A stretch of 64,000 nucleotides of DNA. Source: Oopsacas minuta (Eukaryota > Animalia > Porifera). How positions within the stretch are numbered: the stretch's first letter is position 1; every line of letters begins with the position of its first letter. Made by a program: the position numbers and the translations under genes. The DNA is taken from positions 391,897-455,896 of the forward strand of contig JAKMXF010000303.1 in the NCBI GenBank assembly GCA_024704765.1. Direction: 5' to 3'. Positions 10,701-22,700 of the stretch are shown piece by piece. Below the pieces are notes generated by a model, which was not told where the DNA came from, made no database searches, and was given only the letters and a program-made list of their open reading frames with translations.

Positions 10701-13700
10701 TCTCTAATAATAGTGAAATCGAGGTTGCGAGATAATACATCTTGATTGATAGAGATGTTTACTGAGGAGGGATCTATGCTAAACACGCCGTGAGGATGAT
10801 CATTAGCTCTGATAGTGATAACTACACTATCTACTTCGGAGTCTATCTCTGTAGGACCTGAAGTATTAACTAGTCGTATAGTAAATACTTGAGTATTCTC
10901 AGCTTGTGTGTCAGATAGTAGAGTGAAGGTGAGGTTATAACGAGGGTAATCACTGACTGCTCCATCCCAATGAGGCAGCTCTACATAACCTGACAGAGGA
11001 TCGATGTCTGAGGAGGTAACATTACCAGTAGCTTCCCAGTACACCAATACTGTAGAAAAGGTACCCTAGATTATAAGAAATAGTTAAGTCAATGAATAGC
11101 CTATTATAAACGATATTTCATAATACGTCGAGTTGAATCGAATATTCGAAATCAAAGCGAATAAAACTGAAAACGAACGAATATGTTAATATTCTAAAAC
11201 GAATCAGATACCTCTTACTATAATGTAACACATTGCAAATTACATCTACTGAAATACTCTTAAAAAGCAATTAATATGTATCTATGTACACTAACCGGGC
11301 TAAAGTATTATCCAACAATACAAAATATACAAATATTCTGTCTAAAGGTGGATAATTGCAAAATTCATGCGATTTGATACCTCAAAGAACTATTGAACGT
11401 TTCGGACTAAAATCTAGGAAAGTTTGTCATATTTGTATATTTCAAGCCACAATTTGCTCATTAAGTTGATAATGAGTTTATTAATTATTTAAAACTAATT
11501 ACATAAAATGAATATTCGATGCCCTAATTCTGATGGCATATTGGAATTCTATGGGTCTGAATTACCCCTCCACGAATATTTAGAATTGTTTAGATAAAAT
11601 CTTATTGAGTTGGTAGCATTATAATATTTATGCCACATGTGGCAGAAGTAGCCAAATCAAAAAGTGTGCTCCATTTAGGATGTGGGCACTGATGTTGCCA
11701 AAATCGGCTTTATTTCCAACTATGCAAATAAACAACAAGTAATTTTAGATAAACTCAAATGATCCTCATATAATATAGTGTTGTTGTTTCAATATTACAG
11801 TTATGTGCCACTTCTGCCACATGTGGCTCAAACATTAAAATGCTAACAACTCAACAAGATTTTCTCTAAACAATCCTAAATATTCTTGCTGGGGTGATAC
11901 AGACCTAACCTCGGGGCACATAGTGTCGAGTAGCGTAGCGACCAAAAGCATCAAGAAATTTAGTTGTGTTTAATACATAAGCTAACCTGAGGCACCAAAC
12001 TGTCGCTAGTGTTATATTAAAGGACAATGTATCTGGCATATTTATCCGTTGGATAAGAACTAAGGAGGAATATTTCGAACGAATACTAATGAATATGGTT
12101 ATACAGGTATTTTCACAAGTCATAAAAAGGATCTTAATTGACTCATTGATCATGGGGTTTATGACTAGAGAATTGAACGTTTGGTTAATGAAGAAGTCTG
12201 GTTTGTAATGCCTATTAAACAATAATAAGATTATAAATATACCAGTGTCCTCTGTAATTCAAGACCAACTGGTATGGATACTTCAGGCTCATCAAATTCC
12301 ACACTGACCAAGCCTAAAGCAAACCCCACAACTCCATAAGGCATGCCTCTGCCTGCTATAGTGATAGAAGCATTGACTCTGTTCATGTCAAGTGTTCCAG
12401 TACTGAATGCTAGACTAATGATATACTCCTCCTCTACTTCAGGTCCTGCTTCTGCTAGAATAGTTAGGATAATGAACTGCTGACTCACTCCATCTGCAAA
12501 TGTTAGTGTATCTGAGGTAGGAGTAATGTCTCTATGTCCCTGTATACACACAAGATAATTATAATATATTAATTATACAGCTATAAGACACGTGTTCACG
12601 GTAGACATTAATATTAACCAGGATAATGTGTCATCTGTCATGCTTTAGTGACTGTATCAGTTTCCTAGGATGCACAATTACACATTCAGTCAATATTATT
12701 AAAAGTAAAAATCCTGCTACTGCTACGCCCATGAGAGTAGGGTCCTATGGTATACATTAAACTCCCATTATTACGAAAATGCTCAATTCATTTCGTTTGT
12801 AAATGGAATAAAATCTTTCAAGCTATAGAGGGTAGAGAATCGCTTAGCTGCGTTATATCATACTTGGATATAACGGGGAGTTTACTGTGTGTATCCTCAT
12901 GTGAGTATACAACGAATGATTGTATTATTACATACAATGAACAGACCTGTTGTAAGGGTGTGGTAGGTACCACCTGGTACTGCACCTCTACACTTCCCAT
13001 GGTACCTCTTATCCTATCTACTGTAAGACTGACAGAGAGGTCTCCCTCACTCAAAGTTGGATTCCTAACATTAATACTGAGAGAGCCCTGATTGAATCCG
13101 ATAACTCCAAATGGATCATCACTGATCTCAATATCAATCTCAGCACTGGTGGTAGTACCTAAGTTTGCATTACCAGTAATGCTCTCTAAAATAATCGCGA
13201 AATTCTCTGTGTCTTCTGGTGTCGTATCATCAATGATTTGTAGCTGGATAGAGCTAGAGGCAGTACCGTCCTGGAATATTAGAGTTCCTATTAGGGTACC
13301 GGTCCCGGTATTGAAGTCTACACCCAGCAAAGCTCTCCCCTCTGATATCCTAAACTGGACGCTCTGCACCCCTATCGTACCTCTCAGACGGTTCACTCTG
13401 ATTAGAGCTAGCTCACCCTCACTGACAGAATAGACAGATTGAGAGAACTCGATGATACCGTATGGATCATCTGATTCTTCTATGGTTAGAGTGTGTATAG
13501 TAGATGTACCAAGGATAGGCGGAATGTTTATCTACAAACAGAAAATTAAGTACACTCAGTTAAGTGTTGGTATTATGGAATAGCTCCCAATCTCAGGCGA
13601 AAATCTAAAAAATACTAATCGGAGAGAGTAGAAGTAATCAATTAAAAGGTCCGTCATTCACACATTCGAAATTTTATCACAAAAGAGCAAGAATTGGATA

Positions 13701-16700
13701 ATCTGGGAATTCCAAACCGACAATATTTTTAATTTATAAACTAATTTTAAGTTGTATATTTACCTATAAGTACCTCTTATCTGAGGTGTATGTGTACATA
13801 CTACGATGAAACATCGAATTTTTCTCCCATGTTGCTAACTAATAATCTATTTACACGGCTACCTCTAACCAATAATTCCGGTATTAGTATCAACTGTCAA
13901 CTAACCTCAACGTTTCCAGGATTGAATGCTCCGGGAGGTAATGTCACTATAACTTGAGGATCAAAAAGAGATACATCAGTTAGAGTGAACTGTATAACCT
14001 CACTGAGTTCTGGTGTAGAGTCATCTAATAACGTTAAGTTTAAATAAGCTATTACCTGTCCGTCATCCATCAGGATATGCTCTTTTGACAGTAGGAAATC
14101 CTGTCCTATGACAGAAGTAGAAGTGCTCACTGTAAAGTTAACCAGAATGCTACCCACAGTACCAAGCTCTCTGAATACTGCTATCAGGGCAATACCATCA
14201 CTCTCTTGGTAGCTGCTTGTGACAGGAGACTAAATGATAGATATAATACGTAGTTAACATGTATTGCTCTGTCTGATCAGGATTACTTCTGGGGGTGGCT
14301 ACAAATTCAACGGCAAGTTTTTGAGAAAGGGGTCACGAGTGAACTACACAATAAGAGAATACACCGGCGTAAACTTCGTCAAAACAAACAGGGTGCCACG
14401 ATACTTGTTCATTCCCTAGTTATATATTTTTCTGAATAAATATTTCATTTTGTGAGATCAACTTGTCCTAATTTTTGTTAAGAGAAAATTTTTTCTCTCG
14501 CCACCTGCTGAGTTGAGTTTGTGGGGTTAGTTCGGTTTGAAAATGTCAGGGTGCTAGGCACCCGCCGCACACCCCAAGTTTACGCCCCTGAGAGAATATG
14601 GCATTTTATGGAAATAAACAAATTGAGAAATAGAGAATTAAGGAACACTTATTGTATACTGTACGAACTTCGAACTGTTTAGTGATATATATCAATACTA
14701 TGATATACGTATATATGTTCAGCACTATCCTATACTGGGTTCCACTAGTTAAATAGTTATTGTCAAACCTGAAATACAATCCTGCCGTGAGGCTGGTCAC
14801 TAGCTGCGACTACAAGAGTAGCCTCATCAGCTCCTGCATCTATTACAGGCATCTCATTACTACCAGCTATGCTAGCCGAGAGTAATTCTAGTGTAAATAT
14901 CTGAGCAACCTCAGGTATGTTATCAGTAATGGTCTGAAGTTCTATAGAAGTGGTAGTAGCACTGATATCAAACACAGCTGTTCCTGATGACGTCAGGAAG
15001 TGTTGAGTCACAACAACAGAGCCATCTTCTGGTACAATCCTCCACTGTACACTCACTCTATAGAATGCTCCCTGTGTCCGGAGGAGTGACACTTGTATAG
15101 ATGACCCCTCTTCTACCACAACATAGCTTGTAGATGGTGAGATAGATATACGACCAGTAGGATTATCATTAGGTAAGATGTATAGATAAGCTATACTACG
15201 TGATTGTAGTAAGTTACCTCCATTCGTAGCAGATGTCAATCTTACCTAAAGAGATTATTACTATAATTCATGTTAAAGTAGAATCAGGAGTGGAATCGGC
15301 TCACTTTTCACAGCCCGATCCGACCCCTAATCCGAATAACAAGATTCTTAACCTGCAGGCTCGGTGCCACTGTCCAGTTTTAACTGACCACATTTTAGTG
15401 CTGTTAGTACTGCACTGTTGCAATGGTAGTAAGCTGTCGTATGGACCACTTGGATATGGCTGCTATGGTTTCACAGGACACTTAATAATTCGTGGCACCC
15501 TGCCTGCCTGGTTTTGTAATAATTATAAATGATTAACTCCTAATCCGAACAATCAGTTTACTGAGCAGAGTTTTCTAATCTCATCACTCTTAGATGTATT
15601 GCATTACATCTCCGAATAAGATATAATCCAATACATCTAATCAATTCTGGACATTTTCTAACAGTGTATATTGCATCAGTAATTTCAGGTAAGTTCTAAT
15701 TCAAATTGTCAATATTATCGTTATAATACTAACAATAAAATCAAAATACTAACTTGATATAATACTTCCAATTCTGGAATTGTATCATCAACTAAAGATA
15801 TCTCAAAATCAGCATAAGTAGAGTTCTCAGGATAGATCAGCTGTCCAGACAGAGGAGTAACGTCACCATCAGCAGCAGCCTCCACTTCCCAGGATATAAT
15901 GACCTCTCCTATCAGTCCTTTAGTCCTTAACACTACCAGATTAGCGGAGGAAGGCTGTGTGGAATTCTCACCAGGTTCCTGTAATGAAAATGACTCAGAA
16001 CCCTCAGCAAAGTAGAACAGACCGTGTACGTCATCAGATTCATCAATAGTAACGATTAGCTCTGTATCCCCCAGTCTAGCTCCACCCACAGGAGTATGCA
16101 GTAGGATACGGAATGTTGTAGCCATCTCAGGTATAATATCATCTGTTATTCTGAACTCTATTGTATCTACTGCTTGTCCGTCAAGGAAGGTTAGAGTACC
16201 TGAAGTAGGGGTGTAGTCTGAGGGGGCAGTAGTGATGGATTCAAGAAGCCAACTAGCTCCGATCTGAAGGAAAAATAAATCTAAATTATTAGAATAAGGT
16301 AATCAACATACATTAGAACTCGTCTAAGACGTACACTCGGTGAATACATACTACTTTCAAACCAAAATTTTAGTCATTCATTTTAATACAATACAGATAA
16401 GAAGTACACTCGGATAGGAGGTTGAAATTTGTTGTTTACCTTAGAGATCGAGATAAATGTAAATGCTCGTTAATATAAACTCACCTCTCCGAAGTTACCA
16501 GAAGTTCTATTAATATAGATCACAACTATGCCAACACTCTCACTTATATGGTAAGTACCATCTTGTCCTAGAGTAACATCGAAGGATAGAATTCCTCTGA
16601 ACTCATCGTTAGGACGGATATGAATCTCTGCTACTTCTAAGGTGCTGTTCTTAGGTCTGGGACTGTCTGATACAGACCCTTGTCTATCTGACTCATCTAC

Positions 16701-19700
16701 CAAACTAGCTCTAACTATTCTAACCCAAAAAGTCTCAGTTATCTCAGGGGTTAGGTCGGGGAGAACAGATACAGTTATAGAAGCTACAGCAGCTCCACTT
16801 AACATGGTAGCTTGACTGGTAGCTAGGAAGAAGTCCTCTGTAGGATCTGCCTGTTGATTGAGTGGGTATGTGTAAGCTATCTGTGTTTCTAACTCTATGG
16901 TAATTGCTCCTAGAGAAAACAAATAAATATTTAGCGGAAAGATAAAAAGCCGCGATTATGTTAAATTTCTATGGAAAAACCGAAGACGGCTTAATATAGT
17001 TATTATGCTTGGAACAAATCCAAGGACACACTTGAATTGGTTAATTGTGTGAGTGTAACCAGTGAAAATTACCGCATTTAGTGTGGGTATTCGCTTGAAA
17101 TATTAATGAGCTCTAATATAATATGCAATGCTAAGTATAAAAATACGAGACATCTTACAAATAACTCCCACCGTATGCCATACATAATGCACCAGTTGTA
17201 TCGTATGACTCAACAAACCAATAAACTACGTACATACCTATGAGTCCATACTCTCTAATGATAGTGATGGTGACACTAGTAAGATTTCCAGTTTCTGGTT
17301 CATCTACAGTAACAGATCGAGAAGTAACAGAAAATGTAAGGAGTCCATGAGGATAGTCATTAGCTTGTATGGTAACAGCAGCAGAGCTAGTAGCAGGATT
17401 AATCCGAGCACCTAGGATACTGGGTACATCAGGATCTGTATTACCATCTGATACTATCTCAGTCAGAATAACAGTAGCTAATTCTGATAGCTCAATAATC
17501 TGATCATCTAACACTCGTATTGGTAGAGTTGTGGTGTTCATTCCAGACATGAATGTTAATGTATTCTGAGGAGAAATATATCAGTATTTAATACAAACAG
17601 TGAAAGCTACAGATGCGGGACCTCCTGAAGCGGGGAATCTCATAAAAACGGGGCGTAAATAGCTTCAACTACATCAATTTGATGCAAATGAACCTGAATG
17701 CACGGGAAGTAGGAAACTAATCCATAGGACCCAATCTCCCCACTTCGGGAGGTTTCAATGTACACGAGACGAGATCGTAAATAAAATGTATGTATTTTCG
17801 AATTGAGAAAGTTGTCCGAAAATTGCTAAGGAAAATGGAAGCGTTACAGTGAAACTATACACGGCTCCATTTTCCTAGCTCACCCATGTATTTCTAGTTT
17901 GTTCACCTATTTGGAAATAAAAGAGGCGAGGCAGAGTGTGATTACGTAACGATACACCATATAATGTTATAAATATTAGTATAATATTAATAACCTCTGT
18001 AGGAGAGAGATCTTCTACTGCTTCTCCAGTTACTAAGAATCTCACCACTACATCACCAAAAGTTCCTCCCAGCCGTATCACATCTAAAGTGAAGTCCTGC
18101 TGTCTGTCAGTGTCTTGTGAAGACAGTTCAGGTAGGATTACAGATAAACTCTCTGGAGAGAATCCAACCAATCCGTGAGCATCATCATTAGTAAGGATAC
18201 GTACTGTGAGTACTCCAGTAATTTCATCTACTACAGCTTGATTAGTAGGGTTAGTCAGCTGTATTATAAACTCGTCAGTAATCTCAGGTATGTCATCTGG
18301 ATATATCTGTATTAGCAGAGTAAGAATAGTTTGTCCATTGGCAAAGAATGAAGTCCCCCGTCTCTGGAAGAAGTCTGCACCTTCCCTCCAACTCCCTAGA
18401 GTCAGCACTAACGACTGGCTATCACCTTCTACAGCTGTTAAAATGAACAGCTGATTGTCTAGCTGCACTAGAGAGATATCCAAACACCTGATCACAGGCG
18501 TAGCAGCTAGCGTTAACTGTGTGAATACACCTGAGGATAATCTAAACACTTGAAGGCCATCTCCTCCCGTCACAGATATGAACGAATACAACACAGACTG
18601 AGATAGAAGTGATTCGACTGTATTTACAGTCCCTGGAATGTGAAACAGTTGTGAGATGGTAAATGTTTGTCCTACCCAGGAGAATACAAACAGAGAAGAT
18701 GCATTAGTAGCCAGTAAGTACGTGGTACCGTTTGTGTCAATAGCCAGAGATAGAGATTTAGCTGCATTCGTGTTGATACTTGATATACGTTCAAACCTGT
18801 AGAACAATGTATTGATTAAATAACGTATATACAGATACGCCTGTATTGGAAATCATGACGTCATAATATAATTAACTCATAACTAACACATAAATACATC
18901 GCTGAGTATCGAGTAATTTGAACACGAGATATATCACTAAATATATACACGCATAATAATATTAAGCTTCACTCTTTTGACTGTGAGAGTAGAGAGAGTA
19001 GAATACTCCCATCTGGTCTATTAGCTCTGGATAAGAACCAGATTCCACCATTTTACCTCCTGCCATGACGTAAATAACATCAAACGTTTCTAATCTTTCA
19101 AATCTATTCGTAGCGAATATAAAAGTTTTATCTTCGGTAACTCTGAACAGAGTATCTAGTATATGCAGTGCTGTAGCATGATCTAGAGCACTAGTACACT
19201 CATCTGCTACTACTACACTAGCATTAGCAAGTATAGCTTGAGCTATAGCTAGTCTCTGTTTCTGTCCTCCACTCATGTTCTTTCCATGTTTCTGCAGGAG
19301 ACTGCCATAATCCAAAGGTAGTGACATCACCCACTGATGGAGGGAGACAGATTTACAGGCTTCTATCATCTTATCCTCACTCACTGATACATTCACTACT
19401 TTAAGGTTATCACTTACTGACATATTAAAGGTATGATGGAATTGAGGAATTACACCAAACAGACCTTTTGTTCCAAATTCCATATCACTACTACCGTTTC
19501 TAAGCACTACATTACCACGAGTAGGTTCCATGAAGCCAAGGATTAAATTGAGGATGCTAGATTTCCCAGATCCACTTGAGCCCACTATAGCAACCTTCTG
19601 TCCGAATGGAATGTTCAGGTTAATATCGAAAAGAGACCAGATACCAAACTCAGGAAAGTGAGACAAATATATATTATCTAGCTGGATATGTGGTCTGAGT

Positions 19701-22700
19701 TCCTTGTTAAGATTTGAATTAGTAGTCTCATTCAATTCTGAGATATCTGTTCTCTTCGAATCTAACTTCTCAAATGTTTTGAGTCTCGAATAAGCTGCCG
19801 CCCCTTTACTCATCAATTCATTCATGTTGAGCAGCTCCACAGGAGTACGTATTATCCTGAAAAAGATAAACAGTGCACCTAGAGTGAGTTCGAAATCTAG
19901 ATTAAAATACAGTATGAGTATTCCTGGTAGCAGATAAGAGATGCTGATTAGTAAGAGATTGACTAAGTTCATCAGATAAGCTAATACTCTAGTCACACCG
20001 TATGCCCTCCACACAACAGAACCATAGGTTATGAAGTTCATCTTTTCTCTCATAGACTCTATCCAATGATGCTTCAGATTATAATGCAGATTCTCATAAA
20101 ACCCCTCGTAAATATCCTGAATACGTAGAGTTAGTCCGGAGATAAGAGCATTCTTACTTGCCTGACTCTTCCGTAGGAAATAGCTCAGTACAGATCCCAG
20201 CAAGTACAGCACTACATAAGATATTGAGAAGAATATGAGATAGAAGTAATGGATAATTATACAAACTACAATACTTCCAAACAATAGGATAATAAACCTC
20301 CCCAGGAACACAAACACCGTACTGATCACCTGCTGTAGGGCATCTATATCTTCTCCAAATAGATGGATCAGATTGACACTTGAAAATTTATGAGAATGAT
20401 TGCTGTCCATGCTATGTAAAGATGAGAATGCTATCCTACGGTGCTTACTACCGTAAGCAGTAGCTAGATAGCTAAGCAGAGCATTTATTGTCAGATCTGT
20501 TAAGACCAGACCAACGTTAATACCTACGAGAATAGTACAGGTTATCAGAAGTGGCTTCTGATTCTCAAATGTAAAGAAGGCAGATCCATCAGTCACATTT
20601 CCACAGTTAATTATCGGAGTAGCAATGAGATAGATAACTGTAGCTTCAACCTGCCCTCCATACACAAATGCAGATACATCAATTAACATTACCAATACTG
20701 TGAGAATTACTATAAGGTAATGATCCAGGAACAGATCTACTGTTAATAATTTCAAAATAAATTTCAATGTTCCGTAAGATAAAACATCTTCACATTCTCG
20801 GTTTTTAAGGAATATTCTCCATTTTTGATTGTGGTAAGACAAATTATGTCCTGAAAAGCGAAAGTTTGTATTCGAGTCAGATTTATAGAACTGATTAAGC
20901 AGATTATTTATACCACGAGTACCAGAAGTTGTGAAGACATAGTTCATAAATGTAAACCCAACAGTATTGTAAAGAGCTAGCTCCTTGTCTCCCTCAGGAG
21001 GGGTGAGATGATCTAAGAAATCAATAGATTCCTCCTGCTGTAATAGAGATTGTATAGCTTCTATGTCAAAACAGGATTCCTCTCCTACCTCAACACACAC
21101 GTGATTGTATATCATAAGGAATAGACCATCAACAAACAGATTATCTGATGCTATTTGTGGGTAGAATCGTCGTAGCTCGCATAGAAAGATAGATTTGAAA
21201 TACTCCTCAGGGCTGGTACCTTGTTTAAGATAATCTACAAATACTTGTGTGGTAACTGCCTTCTTTTTGTCAGCTCCACTCGTAGGTAAGTCTAGAGTAT
21301 TCTGAAGTTTGTATCTGAATAAAAAATCTTTTCTATCCAATTCCATCTTCTGTACTAGACTTAAGTCTCCATTATTTGAATCAAGCTCTATGGATAGTTC
21401 CTCCGCCATCATTAACAATAATATTACATTAAATAAATATCAATATTTTAAAATATATTTAGAGCTAAACGAACTTTTGAATTGAGCATTCAATGCATTG
21501 AAAGGCTATTGAATGAGAACATATTTCCCGAAATAGAATATAAAGTCAATTTGAATAGTATATAGGGAAATTTTAGTTTAATTCAGTGGTTCTCAACTTT
21601 TTATAGCCTCGTTCTCCCTATATGACCGCTTCAGTTGCTATCTTCCCTTCCAAACTTTAGCATAATTTTGGATTCTTTGCAGCAATTTAGTAGGGTAAGA
21701 CTTAGTAAGTAACAAGTGCAATCAGTGCGAAGCTTGTGCTCGCATATTTGATACGATCATACGAGCTCAGTAATGTTTACTTCTTTATTAGATAGTAAAA
21801 ATATATTCCTCCTCGATATATGCATGAATTCCTCACCTGTTAAGAACGACAGGTATAAAGTACTAACCTTGTATTATCAGTAGACCATTGATAAAGTGTA
21901 GACGGAGTATCTGATGTCTGTTGAGCTGTATCATAGCTGTTTGCTATGATTAGATATAACGAATTATCACTTTCAAATGTGAGTGCTTGTTCAGCTCCTC
22001 GTGTCACGATTTGTTGTACATTCTGTTCAGAGAAGAGGCCAGTAGCACTGTCCCATACATACAGTATACTGCTTGTATCTGTATCTCCTGACACATCTGA
22101 GAAAATACAAGCAAACAAGTAGAGTAGTCCGTCAGTAGAGAATGTATGTAAATGAGATACTCTAGCTTGAGAAATAGACTGTATGGACGAGTAGGAGAGA
22201 GATGTGGAGTTGTATTGGAATAGTTCTATTGAATTGGTATAGGAAGAAACCACTAGATAGTCTTTGTTACTCCATGGAAAACTGTGCCAAGATGTTGCCT
22301 ATAAAAATGAATTCATAGGATCTTGTCATCTTGTAATTACAATAAATGACAAGCATAAATATTAGCACTTGTTAATGATATATAGAATATGGATTCATTC
22401 CTGGAAACGTGGATAACTCAATAACCGGTGACCCAATTTGGCGATATCGACCATGTTTCGAACACCAGCTTAAACTAGACAAAGCTTCAAAGAGCTTCAC
22501 AATATATTTTCTATAACTCCATTCATTCGACCTGGTTATGAGAATTCATGCGCTTTACAAGCTTAGTATAGGTTATATAGCTATCATACCGTCAAGACAT
22601 TGAATGTCTGTGTATGCTCATATATTCCCCTCCAGCTGTACAGTCTTGAGGTATCTCCATCCACTGAAATAGCATACTCATTACCAGCCTCATTCCCGAA

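Noticed and set aside
18962-21418. ABC ORF as an alternative in-frame exon of ADGRV1 (receptor-transporter fusion)
   Set aside because: There is no AG acceptor in the AT-rich sequence just upstream of its ATG, and exons 22 and 23 join cleanly in phase 2 without it.
21584-21597. CAGTGGTTCTCAAC, a hAT/Charlie-like TIR upstream of the ABC gene
   Set aside because: No matching opposite TIR or TSD was found, so an element cannot be delimited.
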